From sequence record DRR723986_4144: a stretch of DNA of 24,885 nt. One strand, written 5' to 3'. A program made the position numbers and the translations under genes. Positions within the stretch are counted from its first letter, which is position 1, and each line of letters opens with the position of its first letter. The notes under the pieces were generated by a model that saw only the letters and a list, made by a program, of their open reading frames with translations, was not told the DNA's origin and did not search any database. Below are positions 16,748-24,792 of this stretch, in pieces.

Positions 16748-18253
16748 GTGAAACACTTATTAACTATAGCATTTCTTTTGCTTGGCGTTCAACTTATGGC
16801 CCAAGATTCTTTAGAGATTTCTGCACCTGTAAACGAAGATACGCTTGAGTATGAGCGTTTTATTGAAATTGTAGAAAACTCACTTTTCGAATATTACAAG
16901 GAAACTTGGGGCAAAGAGAGAGCCTATGAGGTAATTGATTCAATGGGTTATGAAGATGATGATAAACCCAAGTATTCTGATTCGGTTTACATTGCACGAT
17001 TAAATAAACTCAATTCGGAGACCATCATTGATATTGCAGCAAATGATGATATGTTATCGGTGCTGAAATATTTTATCTCTAAAAGAAGAAGATTCACTGC
17101 CGTTTGTATTGGAAGGTCTAAGTTATTCTTTCCTATGTATGAAGAGTACCTAGATAAATATGACATTCCGCTTGAATTAAAATACCTATCAGTGATAGAA
17201 TCTGGTTTAAGACCAACAGTAAAATCGAGAGTTGGTGCTGCTGGTCTATGGCAATTCATGTACCGAACAGGAAGAATGTTTGGCTTAGAAAATGATTCTT
17301 ATGTTGATGAGCGCATGGATCCTGAAAAAGCAACTGATGCAGCTTGTCGTTATTTGAAATACCTCTACGGCATGTATGGCGATTGGTCGATAGCATTGGC
17401 AGCTTATAATGCTGGTCCTGGAAATGTCAATAAAGCTATTCGTAGATCTGGAGGGCAAATGAATTACTGGAAACTTCGTCCGTATCTACCAAAAGAAACG
17501 CAAATGTATGTTCCCAACTTTATTGCTATGGTTTACATGATGAATTATTATCCTGAACACAATATTGTACCTAAAGAAGCAAAAATTTATAATCACGAAG
17601 TGGATACCGTTTGCTTGAGCCAAGTAGCAAGAATATCATATATCGATTCTGTTCTTGATGTGTCAGAAGAGGATTTTAGGTATTTAAATCCTACTTATAA
17701 AACGGATATCATTCCGCACACAGAGGTGCCACAATGCATCACACTACCTTTAGAAAAAATAGGATTGTTCATGGATAACGAGGCAGCCATTTACAACTAT
17801 GAACAACGTCTAGATTCATTGAATATGAGTTTTGTTGCGTTGGAAAAAAAGAAACGCCATAAAGTTGTGCCAGGTGAAACAATGGCCCAAATTGCAGCCA
17901 AGTATGATGTTACTGTACAAGATATTAAAAGTTGGAATGGATACAGAACCAGTACAGTTTATCCGGGACAAATGATTACGATTATGGTGACAGAACGAAA
18001 GTATATTGAAAATTCACAAGCATCAAATGTAAAATCATCAAGTTCAAGTAAAAGTTCATCATCATCATCTAGCAGTAAAATCAATTATTCGTATGATGGA
18101 AAGTATAAATACTACACTTTAAAAAATGGTGAGAGCCTTTGGGCAGTTTCTCAAAAACTTGGCATACCCTTTGCTCAAATTCAAGAGTTAAACAAAGACC
18201 TTGATCCGAAGCGAATGCAACCGGGTGATAAAATCCGGATTCAGAAGATTTAG
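16748..18253 (+). CDS. mltD: MltD-like lytic transglycosylase with two LysM domains
   Basis: Signal peptide. SLT motifs IESGL, AGLWQFM, DERMDPEKATDAA, ALAAYNAG and LPKETQMYVP. LysM domains HKVVPGETMAQIAAKY and YTLKNGESLWAVSQK, separated by a Ser-rich linker. Confidence 0.88.
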   Translation: MKHLLTIAFLLLGVQLMAQDSLEISAPVNEDTLEYERFIEIVENSLFEYYKETWGKERAYEVIDSMGYEDDDKPKYSDSVYIARLNKLNSETIIDIAANDDMLSVLKYFISKRRRFTAVCIGRSKLFFPMYEEYLDKYDIPLELKYLSVIESGLRPTVKSRVGAAGLWQFMYRTGRMFGLENDSYVDERMDPEKATDAACRYLKYLYGMYGDWSIALAAYNAGPGNVNKAIRRSGGQMNYWKLRPYLPKETQMYVPNFIAMVYMMNYYPEHNIVPKEAKIYNHEVDTVCLSQVARISYIDSVLDVSEEDFRYLNPTYKTDIIPHTEVPQCITLPLEKIGLFMDNEAAIYNYEQRLDSLNMSFVALEKKKRHKVVPGETMAQIAAKYDVTVQDIKSWNGYRTSTVYPGQMITIMVTERKYIENSQASNVKSSSSSKSSSSSSSSKINYSYDGKYKYYTLKNGESLWAVSQKLGIPFAQIQELNKDLDPKRMQPGDKIRIQKI

Positions 18254-18273
18254 ATCTGCCAAAACCACCAACA

Positions 18274-19323
18274 ATGAAGTATTATTCAATTATTATTGCC
18301 TTTCTATGTATCTCATGCGGAGGGGAAGTTTCAAAGCAAGATTTATTACCTGATGCCAACGGAGAACATGGACATATCCTGGTTGTTATGCAAGATGATT
18401 TGTGGGAAGGAAAAATGCAAACTGCCTTAGTGTCTCAACTCGACCAAACGGCAAAAGGTCCTTATTTGAGAAAAGAACCCCTCTTTGATTTCTTTAGAAA
18501 ACAATCAGGTGATTTAACGCATGTGAATAAAATGAGTCGGATCATTTTAAAAGTGATGGTTGACTTTGACTCAACATATCAAGAAACCGCTGTAATTGAA
18601 AAGAGTGATTACTATGCTAAAGGTCAATTGTTTTTAGTGATTAAAGATTCTGATGCAGACCGTTTATACAGTTTTATCCAAAATGATTTTGACCCGATTC
18701 TTGATAAAATGAACGCCTTTGAAATGGATCAATTGATTCTTGAATACAAAAACCGAAATAATCCGGCAATCAAAGAACAAGCAGAAAAGGAGTTTGGAAT
18801 TTCTATTGATTTACCAAGAGATGCTAAACTTAAACAGAAAAAAGACAATTTTATTTGGGTAAAATATGATCGATCAAGAGACTTTTTAGGATCTGAAGCC
18901 AATGACACCAAAAATGAAACTTACTGGATTCAAGAGGGAATTTTGTTTTGGTCACATGATGTAGAGAACGACAGTTCATTTAGCGTTCCTGCTATCATGT
19001 CGGTAAGAGATACCACTTTAAAGTATAATGTTCCAGGTAAAGTTGCCGGTTCATATATGGCAACAGAGTACGATCCTTTTTATGATCCAGACTATGAAAT
19101 GGTGACCTTTAATGGAAAGTCGTGCATCATCACAAGAGGCTTATGGAAACATGCTGGGCATGATGGCGCTTTTGGAGGTGGTCCGTTTGTTCAATATTCA
19201 ATGCTGAATGCGGCAGAAGATAAAGTAATCACCGTTTGTGGTTATATCTATGCCCCTAAATTCAATAAACGTGAGTACATCCGAGAAATCGAAGCCATGC
19301 TCAAAACGATCGAATTGAAATAG
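18274..19323 (+). CDS. DUF4837-like lipoprotein
   Basis: Lipobox ISC (Cys15), EPLFD, TRGLW, GGPF and GYIYAPKFNKREYIREIEAMLKTI, as I recall for Bacteroidota DUF4837 proteins. Confidence 0.75.
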   Translation: MKYYSIIIAFLCISCGGEVSKQDLLPDANGEHGHILVVMQDDLWEGKMQTALVSQLDQTAKGPYLRKEPLFDFFRKQSGDLTHVNKMSRIILKVMVDFDSTYQETAVIEKSDYYAKGQLFLVIKDSDADRLYSFIQNDFDPILDKMNAFEMDQLILEYKNRNNPAIKEQAEKEFGISIDLPRDAKLKQKKDNFIWVKYDRSRDFLGSEANDTKNETYWIQEGILFWSHDVENDSSFSVPAIMSVRDTTLKYNVPGKVAGSYMATEYDPFYDPDYEMVTFNGKSCIITRGLWKHAGHDGAFGGGPFVQYSMLNAAEDKVITVCGYIYAPKFNKREYIREIEAMLKTIELK

Positions 19324-19359
19324 AGTTCGAATAAATTTCTTTTCCGAGTCTCTTTTTTT
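19322..19359 (+). terminator. Possible weak terminator closing the tatA-gatA-mltD-DUF4837 unit
   Basis: Imperfect stem AGAGTTCG…CGAGTCTCT followed by a T run directly after the stop codon. Confidence 0.35.
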
Positions 19360-19398
19360 CAGCTATTCTCAATAAATTAGGAGAATATAATTCTACTT

Positions 19399-20292
19399 AT
19401 GAAAAAAATGAAGCATGCATATTTAATTGCCGGTTTACTAATATTCAGCTCTTGTGGCAGTGATGAACCTCAAGATTATTCTTACGGATTTGATGATGAC
19501 TATGAGGTGCCTGAAGAGGAGGTGTTAGAAATGAAAACGGTTACTTGGAAGGACTTGTCCAGCGGCGAGCTCGAAGATGGTCAGCCTATTACCATTGAAG
19601 GATATGTGGGGCCTTTGCCGTCAACCATTTATTCTTTTGATGATAGCGAATTAGGAATAGATTTATATGAACGAAGAAATCAAAGTGATGGATTTCATTT
19701 GGATGTCGATATTCCCATTGGCTCATCAAAGAATCATGTACGATCTTTACCGGATGACTACCAACAATCTGATCTTAAAATCATGACCAATGATACTGAA
19801 ACTGCAGGAGTCGGAGATTTTGTGAGAATGGAAGGCATATTCACTAAAAGTAGTAGCTCTGATGCCATTTATTTTGATGCAGATAAGATTGAAAAGCTCA
19901 CTAAACCTTCATTTGATGAGTCAATTTTTGAAACGGCAGTTGAGTTGACAGACGAAGTTATTGAAGACGAATCGAAAGATGGTGCTTATGCCTATATGGA
20001 TGTGAAGATGGATTTGAGCATGTACATGATGGTTTATGATAATCAATATACTGTCGATATTAGCCAAAAGAATAACTCATTTCTGAAGTCTACTTATGTA
20101 ATAATAGGCGAATCTGAAGGGCAAATGCGTGCTTTGGTAGATAATTTTACCGACTCTGATTTTATTATTTTTGATACCAAAGGCAATGAACAAAAAGGTG
20201 CCTCAGGTAAATACAGAATCTATGGTACATTTAATCAGTTAGACATTGATTCTAAAGGAACGTTTACTGTAGAAGAATTTGTTAAGCTCTAG
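19399..20292 (+). CDS. Acidic lipoprotein of unknown function with an internal domain duplication
   Basis: Lipobox FSSC (Cys19), acidic linker, and two ~120-aa segments that can be aligned to each other by eye. Confidence 0.75.
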   Translation: MKKMKHAYLIAGLLIFSSCGSDEPQDYSYGFDDDYEVPEEEVLEMKTVTWKDLSSGELEDGQPITIEGYVGPLPSTIYSFDDSELGIDLYERRNQSDGFHLDVDIPIGSSKNHVRSLPDDYQQSDLKIMTNDTETAGVGDFVRMEGIFTKSSSSDAIYFDADKIEKLTKPSFDESIFETAVELTDEVIEDESKDGAYAYMDVKMDLSMYMMVYDNQYTVDISQKNNSFLKSTYVIIGESEGQMRALVDNFTDSDFIIFDTKGNEQKGASGKYRIYGTFNQLDIDSKGTFTVEEFVKL

Positions 20293-20702
20293 TGGATAAG
20301 GTAACTGCTAAAATAGAAGAACTTTTAGCTGCTGATAAAAAAAATCGGCGCTCAATTTCAGAACTCAGAGCAACGTTAAAAGGTTCTGGTGAATTTTCAG
20401 AAGATGAAGTGTCAGAAATCTGCAGAGCCTATTCAGATGCAGATTTAAATCAACTCAATGAAAGCAATAAGAGCATTTTAAGTTATTTCGACAGCATTTA
20501 CATTGCTTATGCCCTGTGCATCTTGTTTGCAGTTCTTAGTGTAATTGCAATCTTCGCGATTCTTGAATTACGCGAATTGCAAGAGATAACAGAAGTTCCT
20601 AGTTCAATGTTGATTTGGAGATACTTTTTATTAGGTGGATCTGTCCTATTTTTAATTCGCAACCTCTACCGCGTGGTGAATCATTTAAAATCTAAAAAAT
20701 GA
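20292..20702 (+). CDS. Hypothetical membrane protein with two TM helices
   Basis: 136 aa, GTG start overlapping the upstream stop (TAGTG). Charged N-terminal half, then hydrophobic IYIAYALCILFAVLSVIAIFAIL and LIWRYFLLGGSVLFLI. Confidence 0.7.
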   Translation: MDKVTAKIEELLAADKKNRRSISELRATLKGSGEFSEDEVSEICRAYSDADLNQLNESNKSILSYFDSIYIAYALCILFAVLSVIAIFAILELRELQEITEVPSSMLIWRYFLLGGSVLFLIRNLYRVVNHLKSKK

Positions 20703-22387
20703 AAATTGGATTTTTATTCTTTGCTGTTTTACTGATTAACCTCAATGGATACGGACAGTTTGAAACAATAGAGAAAAAAAACAAACTCGGTTTAAGTTTT
20801 GAAGGAGTTACAATTGCAAAAGCTAAATATGACTCCATCAATATTGCGGATGAGAATATTGCTACTGCTTACAAAAAAACGAAAACCTATTATATCAATT
20901 CATCAGGTGAGGTGATTTTTAAAGGTCGAACTTGGAAGCATGATCAATTTGAAGATGGAATCGCCATCATTAAAGATAAAAAAGGACTCTATCACTTACT
21001 TAATGGCTCGGGAGAGTTTATGGTCGGTACTACCGTTGGATACAGATTTCAGCCATATCGTGTGTTAGATGTTGTTGAATTTGGATTGCCCGGGGCAGGG
21101 TTGTTTAATCATAAAGGTTTAGCCTCACATTCTTACGATTCAGTTGGCGTTTATCGCGATTGGCTTTTGATACATAGAGTGCATGCCGAATCTTATATCG
21201 TTAAAGTGAAGGATGATACGAAGTTTTTTGGTCGCAGGAAAGAAAAGCGTTACAATTATTACCATTATTTTAACGTATATAATTCAAATATCACGAAGCT
21301 TGTAGCAGAGAATGTAGTTGCTATTGAACCTGTGTTATCCAATTTTATTTTCAAACTGAGAGACAGTACTTCCCAGCTCATTGATGCTCAAGGCGAATTG
21401 TTAATTAACGATCTTTCAAAAGTAAAGTCAATTTCACAGCAGTATTTACAGGCATATCAGGATAGTCAGTTCGTATTAATAGATGCTGAATTGGGTCGCA
21501 TAAACATTAAGGGTAATTATGTTAAATACCTGATTAAAGGTGATTACGTTCATGCTTTTGTCAATGAAACAGACAGTACAAGTCTTATGGATGTTTATAA
21601 AAATCAAGAATTACTTCAAAAAGATCTTCCATATTTTAAAACTGTAGATGAATCTCATATGCTAATCAAAGATTCAGTAGGCTTGTATTTGGTTAAGAAT
21701 AACGGTGAATTAATTAGTGGACCATTCAGTTTTTTTGGTAAAGAACATGCTGGTTATATTTTGGTTTGTGATTCAGTGAATTACAGCTATTTGGATGCCT
21801 CTGATTTTTCGAGTTTAGGCTTTTACTATCCCTTGATAGAAACGGATGTTTATAGGCGAAAAGGACCACCGAAAGATGCCCTAGGAGCAATATTTTATGG
21901 CTTATTCGGTGGTTGGTTAGCTGATGGCGCTCATTACATTGAAATTATTGACAAAGGACATGATTTCTATGAGGGATGGGCAATTTGTGCAATTAATAAG
22001 CCCTCGACACAAGAACCGGGGCAGAAGAGGTATATGATTTCATCTGACGACAAGATCAGGTATAACTACATCAACAATAAAAATGAGCGTCTGAACGCTA
22101 AAAAATATAAAGACTGCTTCCCAATGTATAATGGTCACGCTTGGGTGAAAGAACGGAGTGTATTTAGTTTAATTGACACAACAGGAAACACTGTGGGTAA
22201 TTACGCCTTTACTGATGTAGAGCTTGATCGTACTGGCTACTTTATTGTTGAGAAGAAAGGACTAAAAGGATTGATTGGCCCCGATTATCAAGAACTTTCG
22301 CCTTGTAAGTACAATGAACTGTTTTCCAAGAGCGGGTCGTTTTACACGGGAACGGGGAGTTCTGAAGAATTAGTTTATAGCCCGTAA
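20699..22387 (+). CDS. Secreted WG-repeat-like beta-repeat protein
   Basis: Signal peptide. Degenerate repeats YYINSSGEVI, FEDGIAII…YHLLNGSGE, FYEGWAI…YNYINNKNE, YNGHAWVK…LIDTTGN and KKGLKGLI…CKYNEL. ATGA overlap with the upstream gene. Confidence 0.7.
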   Translation: MKIGFLFFAVLLINLNGYGQFETIEKKNKLGLSFEGVTIAKAKYDSINIADENIATAYKKTKTYYINSSGEVIFKGRTWKHDQFEDGIAIIKDKKGLYHLLNGSGEFMVGTTVGYRFQPYRVLDVVEFGLPGAGLFNHKGLASHSYDSVGVYRDWLLIHRVHAESYIVKVKDDTKFFGRRKEKRYNYYHYFNVYNSNITKLVAENVVAIEPVLSNFIFKLRDSTSQLIDAQGELLINDLSKVKSISQQYLQAYQDSQFVLIDAELGRINIKGNYVKYLIKGDYVHAFVNETDSTSLMDVYKNQELLQKDLPYFKTVDESHMLIKDSVGLYLVKNNGELISGPFSFFGKEHAGYILVCDSVNYSYLDASDFSSLGFYYPLIETDVYRRKGPPKDALGAIFYGLFGGWLADGAHYIEIIDKGHDFYEGWAICAINKPSTQEPGQKRYMISSDDKIRYNYINNKNERLNAKKYKDCFPMYNGHAWVKERSVFSLIDTTGNTVGNYAFTDVELDRTGYFIVEKKGLKGLIGPDYQELSPCKYNELFSKSGSFYTGTGSSEELVYSP

Positions 22388-22397
22388 AGTTTTCTAC

Positions 22398-22423
22398 TGT
22401 AAGTTTTTACTGAAACAGACGTT
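22398..22423 (+). promoter_or_regulatory. Putative ECF-sigma-type promoter for msrA
   Basis: TGTAAG-N16-CGTT, ending 9 nt before the ATG. Spacing and elements resemble ECF -35/-10 promoters. Confidence 0.35.
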
Positions 22424-22432
22424 CAAATTAAT

Positions 22433-23080
22433 ATGAAAAAAGCAGTATTATTTCTATCAGCACTGATGGTGATTTCGGTTGTGACCTTAGCTTGTCAATC
22501 TACGAACAGTATAGAACCAGATGCTAATCAAACAACAGATGATTTCAAAGGGATGCAAAGAGCATATTTTGCAAGCGGATGCTTTTGGTGCGTTGAAGCT
22601 ATATTTGAATCGGTTAAAGGGGTCAAAGAGGTGTATAACGGCTATTCTGGTGGCCACACCAAAAATCCTACTTATGAATTATCCAATACAGGAACAACGG
22701 GACATGCTGAAGCAGTTGAGGTGATTTATGATGCCAATATCATCAGTTTTAAACAGCTGGTTGATGTCTATTTTGGATCTCAAAATATCGAACAAGTGAA
22801 CGGTCAAGGCAATGATATTGGTTCGCAATACAGGAGTATCGCTTTTTATCAATCAGATGAGGAGAAAACCATTATTGAAGATAAAGTGGCTGCCTTGAAA
22901 GCTGAAGGCTACAAGGTGGCAAGTGAAGTTATGGAATTTGAAAAATTCTGGATGGGTGAAGATTACCACCAAGATTACGAAAAATTGCATCCTAACAATG
23001 GATATATCAGAGCGGTTTCAATTCCAAGATTAAACAAATTCAAAAAGAAATTTCCTGAATTATTGAAAGAGGGACACTAG
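22433..23080 (+). CDS. msrA: Peptide-methionine (S)-S-oxide reductase, predicted lipoprotein
   Basis: ASGCFWCVEA, GYSGG, NPTYE, TGHAEAV, QGNDIGSQYRS and EDYHQDY, with an N-terminal lipobox TLAC (Cys21). Confidence 0.95.
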   Translation: MKKAVLFLSALMVISVVTLACQSTNSIEPDANQTTDDFKGMQRAYFASGCFWCVEAIFESVKGVKEVYNGYSGGHTKNPTYELSNTGTTGHAEAVEVIYDANIISFKQLVDVYFGSQNIEQVNGQGNDIGSQYRSIAFYQSDEEKTIIEDKVAALKAEGYKVASEVMEFEKFWMGEDYHQDYEKLHPNNGYIRAVSIPRLNKFKKKFPELLKEGH

Positions 23081-24600
23081 TTAATTGCTAACAATTCTTC
23101 GATAAGCTTACGATCATTACTCAGCCTTGGGATTTTATGTTGGCCGCCGAGTTTATTGTTTTGCTTGAGCCATTTTTCAAATAAACCAGATTGTGCCAAT
23201 ACAATTTCGGGCATTTGCAAAGATAAATTGGCCGATCGTTTAGCTTCATAATCTGAATTGAGTGCTTTCAATTCTCCATCTAAAATATGAGTGAAGGCTT
23301 CGAGACTATCTGGTGCTTTTACGAACTCAATCAACCATTGATGAGCGCCTTTTTTATCACCATCCATATAAACAGGAGCAGCTGTATAATTCGCAACTTC
23401 TGAACCTGTTTTTAAACAAGCTGCACCTATTGCAGATTCTGCATTTTCTACCACCAACTCTTCACCAAAGGCATTGATAAAGCTTTTTGTTCGTCCGGTA
23501 ATTTTGAATCGGTAAGGTTTTTCTGAAGTAAAACGCACTGTATCGCCAATAATGTGACGCCAAAGCCCCGCGTTGGTTGAAATGACTAAGGCATAGTTGA
23601 CGCCAATTTCAACATCCTCTAATGAAATCACGGTTTTCGAATTCAATCCATCAAATTCATCCATTGGAATAAATTCAAAAAATATCCCATAATCGAGCAT
23701 CAACAGTAATTCATTTATTTTGAAATCGTCTTGAATTCCGAAAAAACCTTCTGATGCATTATAGGTTTCTACGTAATTCATATTGTCAAACGGAATCAAC
23801 TTTTTAAACTGATCGCGGTAAGGTTCAAAGTTCACGCCGCCATGCATGAATAATTCCAAATTTGGCCAAACCTCTCTGAGGTGTTTTTTTCCAGTAATTT
23901 CTAAAACGCGATTGCACAATACCAAGGTCCAGCTGGGCACACCGGCGAGTATGTAAATGTCTTCGTCTTTTGTTGACTGGGCCAGTTTTTCAATTTTTTC
24001 TTCCCAATCGCTCATCAAGGCAATTTCTTTGGCAGGAGTTCTTCTGATCTCAGCCCACCAAGGCATGTTCTTCAAAATAATGGCAGATAAATCTCCGAAA
24101 TAAGAATCTTGACCGAGATAATTGATTTCGGCTGAACCACCTAAAATCAAGTGTTTTCCCTTATATAATTTTCTGTCTGGAATTTGATTGTAGTAAAGGC
24201 TCAATAAATCTTTGCCACCTTTGTAATGACAATCTTCTAAAGCTTCTTTTGAAACAGGCAAAAACTTTGATTTACCGCTAGTAGTGCCTGATGATTTAGC
24301 GAACCAGTTAATGTCTGATCCCCAAAGTAAATTTTGCTCGTTGTTGAGCATCCTATCCACATAGGGTTTTAATGTTGAATAATCAGTGAGCGGAACAGCT
24401 TTCTGAAAATCTTTGTATGATGAAATTTGGTCGTAATTGTATTTCTTTCCCCATTCAGTATCTTTTGAATGAGATACCAGAAAATTCAGCACCTCTTGTT
24501 GAACTTCAAAGGGATACTTTTTAAACAAGTCAATTTGGTGTATCCTTTTTTTGATGATCCATGAAAAGATCGAATTAAAAGGCATTCCAATTGATTTCAT
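23077..24600 (-). CDS. GH3 (auxin-responsive promoter family) acyl-adenylate-forming enzyme
   Basis: 507 aa. SSGTTSGKSKFLP P-loop-like motif, YNASEGFFG, LWRHIIGDTVRF, ITGRTK and GGQHKIPRL. Confidence 0.92.
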   Translation of the reverse strand: MKSIGMPFNSIFSWIIKKRIHQIDLFKKYPFEVQQEVLNFLVSHSKDTEWGKKYNYDQISSYKDFQKAVPLTDYSTLKPYVDRMLNNEQNLLWGSDINWFAKSSGTTSGKSKFLPVSKEALEDCHYKGGKDLLSLYYNQIPDRKLYKGKHLILGGSAEINYLGQDSYFGDLSAIILKNMPWWAEIRRTPAKEIALMSDWEEKIEKLAQSTKDEDIYILAGVPSWTLVLCNRVLEITGKKHLREVWPNLELFMHGGVNFEPYRDQFKKLIPFDNMNYVETYNASEGFFGIQDDFKINELLLMLDYGIFFEFIPMDEFDGLNSKTVISLEDVEIGVNYALVISTNAGLWRHIIGDTVRFTSEKPYRFKITGRTKSFINAFGEELVVENAESAIGAACLKTGSEVANYTAAPVYMDGDKKGAHQWLIEFVKAPDSLEAFTHILDGELKALNSDYEAKRSANLSLQMPEIVLAQSGLFEKWLKQNNKLGGQHKIPRLSNDRKLIEELLAIN

Positions 24601-24620
24601 AATTTAATTAAGACTAGGGC

Positions 24621-24654
24621 AAAAAAAAGACTCCTCCAAAAAATGGTAGAAGTC
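24621..24654 (-). terminator. Rho-independent terminator between the small ORF and the GH3 gene
   Basis: Minus strand reads GACTTCTACCA-TTTTT-TGGAGGAGTC followed by T8. Confidence 0.65.
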
Positions 24655-24678
24655 ATTATCAAATAAGAATTCAGTGGT

Positions 24679-24792
24679 TTAACCGAAAAACAATACTAAG
24701 CCTGTCACCAACAATGCAAGTACAATGTAAACTGGTGCTAAAATAGATGTTGACTCATCAAAGTAATCGTGTTCTGTGTTTTGATCTGACAT
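24679..24792 (-). CDS. 37-aa small single-pass membrane protein (not in the ORF track)
   Basis: Translated by hand: MSDQNTEHDYFDESTSILAPVYIVLALLVTGLVLFFG*. ATG start in an A-rich context with A at -3, TATATTTA upstream, terminator downstream. Confidence 0.65.
   Translation of the reverse strand: MSDQNTEHDYFDESTSILAPVYIVLALLVTGLVLFFG

Noticed and set aside
18030..18077. TCA/AGT-rich low-complexity tract as a microsatellite or contingency locus
   Set aside because: It encodes the Ser-rich linker between LysM domains using mixed codons; the perfect TCA run is short and in frame.
13528..22724. Nested ORFs 13528..13893, 15379..15615, 15557..15862, 16022..16213, 16987..17259, 18729..18911 and 22521..22724
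   Set aside because: Shadow frames within the CAP, gatA, mltD, DUF4837 and msrA genes.
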